From Octopus bimaculoides (Eukaryota): DNA of 51,536 nucleotides. The position numbers were made by a program, and so were the translations under genes. The DNA lies in contig NC_068983.1 in the NCBI RefSeq assembly GCF_001194135.2, positions 90,290,160 to 90,341,695 on the forward strand. Direction: 5' to 3'. The notes beneath the pieces are model-generated. The model was given only the letters and a program-made list of their open reading frames with translations, did not search any database and had not been told where the DNA came from. Within the stretch, counting starts at the first letter, position 1, and each line of letters opens with the position of its first letter. Below, piece after piece: positions 23,378 to 35,350 of this stretch.

Positions 23378-25143
23378 CCAATTGTTTTAGAAAAGTACTT
23401 ATTACATACCTTGCTGTCAAATCATTGGATTGATCCCAACAAAATACAAACTTTTTTCCAAATTTTATCAATATAGATATTTGTTTCACTAAACATTTCA
23501 GGCTGTGTGGCAGCATTTTAGAAAAAAAAAAAATCACTTTTGCTTTGCATATTTCCCGCTGAAACTCAAATTGGGTTTCAGTTTTGTGTTGGGGGTGGGG
23601 AGAGGGAGAGAGAATAAAAGTTGCATATTTCCCACTGAATGTTTTCAAAATTTTAAATTCCCCTCCAAATTTCTAATTTTTAATTAAAAAAAATTTTTTT
23701 TTTTTTTTTGCAATCTACATGGAAAATACAGCGATTAAGAATATGTAAAAAAAATTTTTTAATTTAAAATTTTCTATGAAAAACTCCAAAATTGATCCAC
23801 ACCCCTTTCACTGTGTGACGCTGGAAATGTCAATATGCTAAAAATAACAGCTAAATGTGAAGAATTTTTGTGTTTGTGTGTGCAACAATTTCTACAGCTT
23901 ATCCAAATAAACAGAGAAAAGTTCACACAAATATGTTTTACATACCTGTCATATATGTTAATTTTTGTTTTTTTGCATCCATGAAGTTTTTGAGGATGAC
24001 AGAAAAGCTATTGGATGCACCCACTAAAATCACGAGATTTTTGGTATTTATTTACAATTACATCATACTGCTGCAAACAAATTTAAGGTTTAAGGTTACA
24101 GTTAGAACTGGGCACCTGGAATTGTGCTTATATAGTCAAAGGACACAGCTGGTCTGATAGGGATACATATAATTGGGCTGCCTCTTGAAAAAATTTGTGG
24201 AGTAAAAGTGTTTTATTTTTCTCTGAAGTGATAAATAAATATCTGGCCAGGTATTGATGCAAATATTTTGACCAAATACCTGGCCTTCTTATCCACTCTT
24301 TGATGTCCCTCTACAAATGTTCAATGTTTTGTGTGCGTATGTGTGTATACATTTCATTAATGAAATTTTCAGAATGGTTTATCACATAGTGGTGATAACC
24401 CAAACTGTTTAAATTCTTGTAGGTAGCCCAAGAATCACTATAAATAACTGAGCCAGGTTTGATATATGCCTGGATCAGAGGAACCAGTATCGTTTTGTTA
24501 CGCTTCTTGTTAATAAGAGGTACAACAAAACAACACTTACTGGTTTGCTCTATCCTACCAAACAACCAAACTTGGCTCAGAATTCGACTCCTTCCGTACT
24601 TCCGGTGAACAATTAAGGCCTCATCAATTTCGACCTCAATTGACTCACCGCCTATCGGTTCCTGTTTGTGAAGCCACATTTCTGTTACTTCACAACCGAA
24701 TAACCTTCAATCTACAGTAGATGTTGAACATAATTCCAGGTTTTCCATCACTGTGATATGACTCCAAGAATGATGTAGAACTTCGTTTATGAAAAGAACG
24801 CTTTTCCATGGAGTAATGTATGTATTATGAAGAAAGAACCCTTGAAAGTCCAACACAAAATAGCCACACTGATGTTGTTTTTTAGATTTAGCGACAGTGT
24901 AACTTCTTCTGCGTCACCAGAGATGTTGATCCTTTCTATACACACATTCACTCTGACATCGTGGACATCACAGTAGTGGGCAGAACACCATGTTTCCAAA
25001 AGAATCCAATAACTTTTCTGTCATCCTCAAAAAATTCACAGATGTAAGTATAATATTTAAATACACAGCCTGCACAAGACATTACTCCATAGGGAAAGCT
25101 CTGCAGATGCTGCTCTCTTATTTTTATGATTCTCATCTCTCTC

Positions 25144-25194
<51 letters not shown>

Positions 25195-25585
25195 NNNNNN
25201 NNNNNNNNNNNNNNNNNNNNNNNNNNNNNNNNNNNNNNNNNNNNNNNNNNNNNNNNNNNNNNNNNNNNNNNNNNNNNNNNNNNNNNNNNNNNNNNNNNNN
25301 NNNNNNNNNNNNNNNNNNNNNNNNNNNNNNNNNNNNNNNNNNNNNNNNNNNNNNNNNNNNNNNNNNNNNNNNNNNNNNNNNNNNNNNNNNNNNNNNNNNN
25401 NNNNNNNNNNNNNNNNNNNNNNNNNNNNNNNNNNNNNNNNNNNNNNNNNNNNNNNNNNNNNNNNNNNNNNNNNNNNNNNNNNNNAATAAGGTGGTGTGGC
25501 ACATTAAGAGGTCAGTGTACTTGATTGCATGCAAAAAATCCAATGATTTAACAGCATGGTATGTAATAAGTACTTTTCTGAAAAG
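23378..25585 (-). mobile_element. Merlin (IS1016/IS1595-like, ISXO2 DDE) DNA transposon, decayed, with inverted terminal segments
   Basis: ORF 24311-24679: EVEIDEALIVHRKYGRSR...VWLFGRIEQ...IKPGSVIYSDSWATY..L...GYHHYVINHSENF...TQNIE. N-terminal CEFFEDDRKVIGFFWKHGVL near 25000. 23378-23431 is inverted relative to 25537-25583. Confidence 0.85.
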
Positions 25586-26764
25586 CGTTTTGTGACATAT
25601 TAGGAAGCCACCATAATTCATTCAATGGAAAAAAAAAAAAACAAGCATTTTCCAGTGATTCCGGAAAGGGGAGGGGTGAAATTTCTGAGGATTCCACCCC
25701 ACACCGTCCCCATTTTCCAGACAAAAAATGTGTTTTGCAGCATATTAGGAGGTCACCGTAATTCATTCAACAAAAAAAAATTCCAATGAATCTGGGATGG
25801 GGGAGTGGGGATTCCCCCTCCCCTTTTTTCTAAACAAAAATAAGGTGGTGTGGCACATTAAGAGGTCAGTGTACTTGATTGCATGCAAAAAATCCAATGA
25901 TTTAAATTTTTTCTTGGTGAAACATGTGCATGTTTCAAAATTTACCCAAGGATGTTGCATGGCAGCAAAAATGGGACATGAAGCTCCTAAGATAAGCATG
26001 TTGAATAAAATCATGGCAAGTGGAAAGAAATGATCTGCTGGCATCATGGAATTCAAGATGGTGAAACAGGACGAGCGTTCATCAATTTTGATTTGGTGCT
26101 GATGGATGTGATACTGTGTGAAGATTCCGAAAGTGGTGGTAGTGGTCATGACAGGGCGTCAAATTGAAGATGAATGCAGAACTATGGTACAGTAAAGACG
26201 TTACCTCAAGATGCTGTGAAGAAATTTAACCTCCTCAAAAGTCTGACACTGGCGCTAAGAATGAATAACAGAAACTGAGGCATAACAGCTGCCATACAAC
26301 TGAAACAAATCGAAGTTCTCCCATTCTCCAACTGTGAGAAGGTGGAAAATGTCTTGGCATGCAGGGGAAGAAATTTTCACAACAACAGTTGTTAACAAAA
26401 GATAAAGGCCAAATTGAAGTATTAAAGATTGAAAAGCAGATTTTAAAAAACTGAAATACGCACAAGGTCATGATTAGGATTGCTGTACTACCAGTCACAA
26501 AAAAGGCATCAAAAACAGTTGAGTACTTAACTGGAAATATCAATGAGCAAATGACTGCTATTTCCAGCAAGTAGATAACGTACCGGCAGGGTTTGAATGA
26601 CATGGCATCTCACAGAAATGGACTGAGCTGCTAAAAAGTTGTTAAAATGATGTAACTATTAAGTTTTTCATGTGAAAAACTGCAGAGCCATCTGCCCAAT
26701 GGAAGTTCTTGATAATAGGTTCACTGAGTCATTGAAAAAATGGAAAATTTAACTGCAGAAAAAA

Positions 26765-28045
26765 AAGGTGGTATAATCAAACATTCAAAGATGAAGGAAA
26801 AGATAAGGAAAGAATGTTATCGTAAGGGCAATACTGAAGACAGAGCTAAACACAAGAAGCAGGATTGAAGTGATCAATACTTTAGCCATACCAGTTATAG
26901 CTTACAACTTCAGTATCATTAACTGGTCAATTACAGAAATATATAATCTTGACAGAAAAATAAGAAAATTGTTGACAATGCATAGAATGCACCATCCTGA
27001 GGCAGATATAGAATGACTTTACCTGCCAAGAAAAGAGGGTAGCCATGGACTTTTACAACTGAAATTAACAATGAAGATTGCCACAATTAACCTAGACACA
27101 TACCTGAAAAACTCTGATTACTGGATGTTAAAACTTGTCTCAAAGCATGAAAATAAGAAAGCATCATACTCAGTAACAAAACAGGCAGAGGAATATCTAA
27201 GTGAATTCCAAATACAACAAATTCCAGAATTAGACATACTAGAAACAAGCACAGAAAAAGCTAAGTGTATGAAAACTCCATGCTAAAAGTGCTGCCTTAA
27301 ATGGTAAGAAAAACCTCTCAATACCAAATACCCAAAGAGAGCTAATAATTCCAATGTCCACAAAGCCCTTACCCAGCAATGGTTTGTGTTTTCTGGCTTA
27401 AAATCAAAGAAGAAAGGTTTATCATAGCAATCCAAGATCAATGCCTACTTACAAGAGGCTACCAGGTCAACAACTTAAAGAATGGTAGTTGCCCAACATG
27501 TCATGAATATAAACAACAAAATGAAACCATTGATCATGTTGTCACCATGTGCAGTCTTCTTGCGCCTACAGAGTATCTCAACAGGCATGATAGAGTAAGC
27601 ATAGTATATTGACTGGTTAATTTGCAAAGACTTGGACCTGCCCCATGATAAAAACTGGTGGGAACACAAACCACTGCCGATGTTTGAAAATGACCATATC
27701 TCACTCCTTTGGAACTTCATCATTCAAACTGACAAAAAGATAGATGCAAATAGACCAGACATTATATTGAAGAACTTCAGGCAAAAATCATGCCTCCTCA
27801 TCGATATGACTGTCCCAATCGACATAATTGTATCTGTCAAGACCTACCAAAAACTGAGCAAGTGTAAAGATCTTGAAATAGAAATTGGAAAAATGTGGAA
27901 TCTCAAGACTAAAACAATACCTGTTAGCAAAAGGGGCTGATTGCTACCTAGTTCAGATACCAGGAAATCCCAAAATGGCAGAAATTTTAAAAAATAGTGC
28001 TCATGGGAACTGTCCATGTCCTACGTAAAATATTGCCTATGTGAT
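26765..28045 (+). mobile_element. R4/Dong-clade 3' half: RT thumb, CCHC zinc knuckle, restriction-like endonuclease
   Basis: FIIAIQDQCLLTR, CPTCHE...ETIDHVVTMC, YLNRHDRV, LLWNFIIQTD..IDANRPDIIL...CLLIDMTVP...KLSKCKDLEIEI. Confidence 0.88.
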
Positions 28046-28319
28046 CCCAAAAATATTTTAATCCATAAACAGTGTCAAAATATTTTTAAATGTACATAAC
28101 AGCAAACACCCTTTTAATGTCATCTTAACATCAGACTATCATTTTATAATCAAATTATTTTTAAAACAAATTTCTAATTTGCTTATGTTTTGACACACAT
28201 TCTCTTGAACAATACTCTGTGCAAAACTAAATATATGGCACCCTAGTCATAACACCAACTTGAACTTCTAACTTGGAATCAACTTGTACAAATACAAAGC
28301 AAAAGCCAAACATACATAT

Positions 28320-28705
28320 GTAGGCACAGGTGTAGCTCTCTGGTAAGTAGCTAGCTTACCAACCACATGGTTCTGGGTTCAGTCCCACTGTGTGGCACCT
28401 TGGGCAAGTGTCTTCTACTATAGCTTTGGGCTGACCAAAGCCTTGTGAGTGGATTTTGTAGATGGAAAATGAAAGAAGCCCATCGTATATATGTATATGT
28501 CTGTGTTTGTCCCCCCCACCATTGCTTGACAACCGATGCTGGTGCACTTATGTCACTATAACTTAACAGTTTGGCAAAAGCTACCGATAGAATAAGTACT
28601 AGGCTTACAAAGAATAAGTCCTGGGGTTAATTTGTTCAACTGAAGGCGGTGCTCCAGCATAGCTGCAGTCAAATGACTGAAACAAATGAAAGAAAGAATA
28701 AAAGA

Positions 28706-28708
<3 letters not shown>
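28320..28708 (+). mobile_element. SINE family A, full-length
   Basis: tRNA-like head (tggtaagtagc...ggttcagtccc), body, (TA/TG) microsatellite core, 3' domain ending tgactgaaacaaatgaaag. Confidence 0.88.
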
Positions 28709-28751
<43 letters not shown>

Positions 28752-28752
<1 letters not shown>

Positions 28753-29305
28753 CCCAGATGCAGTACCAGACAGTGACTCTCATGGCTTCTGATCTTAATT
28801 GATTGGAAGTGTTATCATGTACATTGTTTTGTCTTGGTATAAAAGATGGGCTACACCAAATATTCTGCTTAATACCACAGCTTTGCTTGTCATGTGTTTG
28901 ACCGTAACCAGTTGAGCATGTCCTTTGGTGGCTGACGATATGTGCATCTCTGATCATGAGCAGAAGTAATGGGGGAGCATCATAGCCATGTGTTGAGAGG
29001 AATTCTTTGGCGTTTGAATAATTCACCTTTGGAAACATGGGTGTTTTACTCAACATCCTTAAACAAACCTTATTCAGGGACCTTTTGAGCGAGATGGGCT
29101 ATTCGACCTGAAGAAAATTCTTATTGGGCCCCACCTGCAAGCTCATGCGCTGTTTATCTTGATATGAGATCACCATGTCGCACACATAGGGTTGTGATGC
29201 ATGTGGCTGGTGTACCCTTATCAGATGGGTAGTCATGATGGGTATACTGGGCTTCATATATTTTACCTCAGTGTCACTTTGATGACATGCACTGCTCTCT
29301 CACTC
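28752..29305. mobile_element. Complete 554-bp copy of the (AAT)n-flanked interspersed repeat
   Basis: Bounded by (AAT)n at 28709-28751 and 29306-29323; homologous to the 17679-18885 units. Confidence 0.85.
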
Positions 29306-29334
29306 AATAATAATAATAATAATCAGTGGTGGCA

Positions 29335-29760
29335 TCATCATCATCATCATTATTGCATCTGTTTTTTTGTGCTGACATGGTTACACAGATCAGTTTCAAT
29401 ATAGCATCTCTCTACTTGTTGTTGTCCTTTGTCATCACTTCATTTTGACGTCAATCCCTATCACTTACTAAATGATATATTATCAAGTGATATATGTGAC
29501 TCACCCTACTACCATTCATTATATACTTCACTTGTCCTTATTAGCATAGTCTTCTCATTTGCATACTACTGCTAATATATCTGGTGCTTAATTTTTCTTT
29601 CAGTACACTTGTGATCCTTTGTTCACACATGTTAACACATTCAACAGTGCATGTTCACCTCATTTCTTTCCAGACTTCATATCCTCTACATTCAGTCTTG
29701 TTAGCATGTAATATCACACTTCATGTACAAATATCATAGTCTACTCTTCACTTGGAGAGG
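29335..29760 (-). mobile_element. Old RTE 3' remnant
   Basis: (cat)n tail at 29335-29350; degenerate LKEKL...MRRL-like translation on the minus strand. Confidence 0.5.
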
Positions 29761-30599
29761 AACATAGATGTAATAGTTCCCTGGACTTTTTTTTTTACCT
29801 TATTATTCCTTATTCTGATTACTATGTTTTCCACAACACCCACCTCCACAGTTGATTAGGTTATCTAGTTAACAGAAGTTGTTGACTTCTTGTATTTTCA
29901 AGTATTTTGGAAACTTCTTTACTTGGGGGATCTTATTACTAACCACTCTTGTACATCTATTATGTATGTAATCTTTCTTCACTGACAACCTGCCTGATAT
30001 TCCACTGCATCTTTGTGTACCTATTGTTTGTATTTGTTACTCAGAATAGTTATTTTGGTGTTGTGCAATTTATTTGTTAAAATCATCAACTATAAAAATG
30101 CAGTCACTATCATCTGTTTTTGATGTAATCTGCTAGAGAAACTCATAGAAACAATCCTTTTGATCATCTATTTGTCCTGTGAAGCATTAGGCAGAGATCA
30201 CAGTTGCTGTCATGTTGCATCTGATTAGTCTAATCTTAATTATTCTGTATCAATCAGAAATGCTTTGCTGTATTTAGTTTATATTGCTTCACATTCTGAG
30301 TTCCAACTCTACCAAGGCTGACTTGAGCTTTCCTCATTCTAGAGTTGCTCAGCTATAAACAAGAAATTAGAATGGCTACATAATTCTGCTTCGCTCAGTT
30401 TATCTAGCTAACAATAGATACTACTTCCATGCGACACTTGAATGGTTAATGGTATGAGGAGTATCCAGCTGTAAAACCATTTAATTTTTTACTTGTTTAA
30501 GCCCATGTGCTATGGCTATGCTGGATTATATACAATCCTATTAGATTTGTGCACGAAAATGAATCTAAAAGAATAAATAGAAAAATAATGATATTACCT

Positions 30600-30730
30600 A
30601 GTATAGATATAAGGCCTCAAATTTTGGGGGATGGGTATAATCGATTAGATCAGCCCCAGCACTTAATTTACTAACCCCAGAAGGATGAAAGGCAAAATTG
30701 GTTTTGGTAGAATTTGAAAACAGAACATAA
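30600..30730 (-). mobile_element. SINE family B, partial
   Basis: aaggcctcaaattttgggg...aatcgattagatcagccccag...ccccagaaggatgaaaggcaaa...aatttgaa. Confidence 0.65.
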
Positions 30731-30770
30731 GTGAACATAATTAAATATGACAAGACAGTTTGTCTGCCTC

Positions 30771-30806
<36 letters not shown>

Positions 30807-31372
30807 NNNNNNNNNNNNNNNNNNNNNNNNNNNNNNNNNNNNNNNNNNNNNNNNNNNNNNNNNNNNNNNNNNNNNNNNNNNNNNNNNNNNNNNNNNNNNN
30901 NNNNNNNNNNNNNNNNNNNNNNNNNNNNNNNNNNNNNNNNNNNNNNNNNNNNNNNNNNNNNNNNNNNNNNNNNNNNNNNNNNNNNNNNNNNNNNNNNNNN
31001 NNNNNNNNNNNNNNNNNNNNNNNNNNNNNNNNNNNNNNNTTTGCTCTCTATAGTCATAACTAGTTAAGACACTTGCATTTTAAAGAATATTTTATCTGTC
31101 ATTATTTTGTGTTCTGCTTGAAATTAACTATTACATTTTTTTCTTGGTCCATGACTAAAGATGCACAGAAGATTTTTACAAAAAGATCTCAAGACCTAAT
31201 AAATCTGCCAGCAGTAAACAGTTGGTTAATTCAGCCTACACTATCAGATACAACTTAAACAAAAAACCTATTTCGGTAAGTGACCAAATAATATACTTGT
31301 CATCATTGTCATTGTCATCCTAATCATTCTTCTCATTGATTAATGGTCATTTCTTTCTAATGCTTCTACATA

Positions 31373-32292
31373 CAGGGTGTTCAGCCTAAATTTGAAATTT
31401 TGCATAAAAGAGAAAGAAAACACAATATCCCATCCCAAAATAAAGGTATTTTTAAAAAATCAAAAAGAGAAATCAACTAGCTTATGGGTGGGAGATATCA
31501 ACTTATTCAAAGTAGCTGCCCTCAGCATCCACAAGATGGCTCCAGAACCTGGATCCAGAATCTGGCTCCAGAACCTGGCTCATGCATTCCTCACTGTCTC
31601 TGGGAAGATCTTTGAATACCTCTTTGCTCTTGGCTACCAGCTCAGCCTTAGTGTTGAGCAGAGCAGTTGGTATCTATCTTAACTGTGACCCACACATAGT
31701 AATCCATGGGATTACAATCAGGAGAATTAGGTCAGAAATTGGGGCTAGTGACGTCAAAAAAATTCTGTGACAATCACTTCTGACTCTTTCCTGGAATATG
31801 GCAAGGAACCAAATCCAGCTGCCACACATATGGCCTTTCAGCAACAACCCTCTCCAATCAGGGTTTGTCTCCAGTTTCCAGCAGTTTCCAGCAGTTTCAC
31901 ATAGCTGTCTGAACTGAGTCTAAGAGCCTTAGTCTCAATTCAGATGGCATGATGTCACCCTCTTTGGAAACACATTCAAGGACAGCTGACCGTGGCTTCG
32001 TAGTCTCCATTACAGCTGTTTGTACCATGTCTAACAGCCTTTACAGTGTTCATGGAGAATTGAGCAGCAGTCATGATGTCATCATTTTGATAACCAATAT
32101 GAATTGTCATGATACAGGAAACACTTTTCCAATATTCAGATGGCTTCAAGTCCTCCATGTCAGCTAACTTTTTCTCAACTACAGTTTTAATCTTTATTCT
32201 CTCCAATACCATTGACTGTTCACCAATATATTAGGCTGTTCCTGAAAATAAAAGAAACATTAAATATCATCAAATTTAGCCCAAACACCCTG
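31373..32292 (-). mobile_element. Tc1/mariner (maT/DD37D-like) element, internally deleted, both TIRs and TA TSDs
   Basis: TA|cagggtgttcagcctaaatttga ... tcaaatttagcccaaacaccctg|TA. Minus strand has a PNSPDCNPMDYYVW motif and TKAELVAK; N-terminal HTH-like MEDLKPSEYW.... Confidence 0.85.
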
Positions 32293-32479
32293 TATTTTTA
32301 AAGGACAAATTGGAGATGAATACTATTGTGTATTCTACACTACCTGTGCTAGATGTATTTGCATAATAGGACATTTCTAGTGACCAAAATATTAGTCACT
32401 AAGTAATAATAATCAAATCAAAAGTTTCGTTAAGATATGTGTATGTGTGTTGTGTCTGTGTGTGTGTGTAGATCCATCT

Positions 32480-32660
32480 GTCATCATCATCATCTAATGC
32501 CCATCTTTAATACTGGCATAGGTTGGATGGTTTGAAGGATCAAAAGAACGAGAAGACTGCATCTTGCGCCAATGTCTACTGTAGTATGGTTTCTAGTGCT
32601 GGATGCCTTTCCTAACATCAAACACTTTATAGAGTGTACTAGGTGTTTTTTTTTCATGGC
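32480..32660 (-). mobile_element. Degenerate RTE 3' tail
   Basis: catcatcatcatctaatgcccatc...ggatgcctttcctaacatcaaacac. Confidence 0.6.
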
Positions 32661-33099
32661 AGCATTACTGAAATCACCTTACAGCTTGAAAAGCTAAGGG
32701 CCTGAAGAGGGCCCCTATAACTGAAGGAGAAAAAAAGAGAGATAATGCAATGATTCAAGATGAGATGATGAGAGAGGGTAAAGTACAATGAGAGGAACAA
32801 ATTTATGTATGTGTGAAGGTGGTAATGGGGAGATTAACAGAATAGACATTATTAGAAGAGTAAGTATGGAAAGGGACAGTGGAAAGTAAAGAGTTTGATG
32901 TCAGGAGTTTGTTACAAAGAGAGGGACAGTGTGGGAAAATAATATGGTGAGTTATCCTATAGTATAAGGAAGATGTGAGGGGAAAAGTGACAAGAAAAGG
33001 GAAGATAGATGAGGGTGGTAAAGAATCCAAAGAGAACTATTGAAGGAAAGAGATATATGGTGATCATGGAGGTAGGCTAGAGGTGAGAAGATGAGAGAA

Positions 33100-34140
33100 A
33101 AAAGGAAGAGAATCTAGGACCATTGAAAATATGAAAACTGACACTAAGACTTTCTACAAATTTGCATAAGGCTCTGCTTTGTTAGTGTGCTACAAGATAG
33201 GGCTACTGTTTGAAGAAAATGGCTCACTAAGTGTAGAACTCAGGAGTATAGGTGAAATACTAAATAAACAATTCCAATGTGTTTTCACCTTTCCGCTGGG
33301 AAATATGCAAACAAGCAAGCCTGTTGAGTTCTTCAACATTACAAATCCACACAGAGAAGAGACAACCATTGGTTATATCAACATGAAGAGGATGTAATAC
33401 CAACATTGATGAGATGAACTTGAACTTAGCAGTGATCCCTGATGGTTTTGCAGGAATTTTTTTTAAGATAAGCAAGAAACCTTGCAAAACCACTGCAGAT
33501 GCTTTTCAGAGCTTCATTGCATGTGTCAAGCAACTCAAAATGATGAAAGAAGGTATAATATGCTCTATTCACAAAGGAGAGAACAGAGCAGATGCTAAGA
33601 ATTGCAGGCCTCTCTCTCTGATCTCACATGTCAGTAAATGCATGGAACACATTGTCAGAAGGAAGCTGATCATGTTCCAAGAAGAAAATAGGTTGTTTAC
33701 TAACATGTAGCTCAAGAAGAAGCTGTCTTACACAGCTCCTACAGCATTATGACTGGATACTGAAACACCAGTTTGACCAGTTAAATGTGGATTTGATATA
33801 TCTTGACTTTGCTAAGACGTTCCCCAAAACTGATCAAAAGATATATCACAAACTGCATGGCTTTTTAAAAGATAGGGCTCAGACATTTGCAGCCAATGAT
33901 GTTCTCACTGAGAAGACATCAATACTAAGTGGAGTCCCCTATACTGGGGCCACTACTGTTCATAGTGGCTCTCTCAGACATGTCCTCAGTCATGCAGTCC
34001 CCACCTTCACCAGCTATGCTGATGATACAAAAATATCACATGTAGTTAAGGAGCCTGAAGATACCTCAAAACTACAAAAAGATTTGAATGCAATATACAA
34101 GTGGGTTGAAGAAAACAATATGCTGTTCAATGCTGACAAG
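33100..34140 (+). mobile_element. CR1/L2-type LINE RT fragment
   Basis: NCRPLSLISHVSKCMEHIV, DLIYLDFAKTF, ILSGVP, SYADDTKIS, LQKDLNAIYKWVEENNMLFN. Confidence 0.85.
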
Positions 34141-34169
34141 TCCACAATTGACCCCAAAACATATTCTTT

Positions 34170-34380
34170 TCTATTCTAGGCACAAGGCCCAGAATTTTGG
34201 GGGAGAAGGCCAGTCAATTAGATCGACCCCAGTATGCAACTGGTACTTAATTTATCGACCCCAAAAGGATGAAAGGCAAAGTTGACTTTGGCAGGATTTG
34301 AACTCAGAACATAAAGCCATATGAAATACTGCTAAGCATTTCACTGGGTGTGCTAACATTTCTGCCAGCTCGTTGCCTTA
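34170..34380 (-). mobile_element. SINE family B
   Basis: ctaggcacaaggccc.gaattttggg...caactggtacttaatttatcgacccc.aaaggatgaaaggcaaagt...gctaacatttctgccagctcg; matches 46064-46278. Confidence 0.85.
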
Positions 34381-34519
34381 CATATTGCAATCAAAATACA
34401 CAAGACTAGGTGGTATTGCAAACCTGGTGTCAAAGTTGGTACCTGAACTGGGAATCTACATGATTCTCAGTTGGAAAAATTAGTCAGACTCCACTGAGGC
34501 TACCATGGATATTGAGGTT

Positions 34520-35350
34520 CCATGGACACAGACTCCATTGTAACAAATTCCAGAGCTGACCTGGAAATCTGAGTGAGAGCCATAGATAAATTTGAGTTGT
34601 CAGGAAGATTCAAGGTTTTGGATTATCCCAAGAATATTCTGGCCCCTGTTTGTCTATGAAATCCTTCTGACTGTAGTAGAGGGCTTACGCATGTGGCAGG
34701 TAACCACCTCAACAGATACTAGGTTTGCCACACAGTTTGTGCAGTCTCACACTGTATGTAACAGCAACAAGCTCAGGCTCCTATTCAGTTCTGTCAAGGA
34801 AACATTTATGGCATTGTTGGTATGTGAACATTTGCAGTATACCAGTTCCAGGGACACCAGTGTATGGTGCAAGAATTGCAGTGAGAACAAGGTGTAAATG
34901 GAAGGTAGCCAAAACAGTTGAGCAAGCAGTGAAGCAGCTGAAATAGAGTTCTCCTTGGAATTGAGGTTCTGGGCAGGGCTGGATTCAGAAGCTTGACAAT
35001 ATCCTAATATTATATAGTTAATAGGAAGGAGTAGCAGAAGGTAGTACAAGAGAAAGTGCAAACACCAGTGGAGAAAGAGTAGACAAGCAGAACAGAGGCA
35101 ATATTGAAACAGGATACCTCAAGAATATGCTGTGGTAATCAGCTTAGTGACCAGCAACAACAAAATTTCAAGTACTGCACCCAGAAGTTTAGCCTTTGTC
35201 AAAGGAGAGAGGCCAACAAAAAGACCCAAGAACAGTTCTGAGGGATTTCTTTCCATAGCACAGGACTAGTTGATCTGGAGAAACAGCTTAAGTTTCCAGC
35301 ATACATCTCCCAAACTATGTTGAAACCGGATATCATCTGAGTTGAAGCAT
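34520..35350 (+). mobile_element. HERO-like (RLE-type non-LTR) fragment
   Basis: SGRFK, IIPRIFWPLFVYEILLTVVEGL, AVRTRCKWKVAKTVEQA (VRTGRKW-like), VDLEKQLKFP..I..T.LKPDII (RLE PD motif). Confidence 0.6.

Noticed and set aside
25485-25905. Repeat-spacer-like pattern (CRISPR?)
   Set aside because: Only two copies of each unit, irregular spacing, eukaryotic context and no cas genes.
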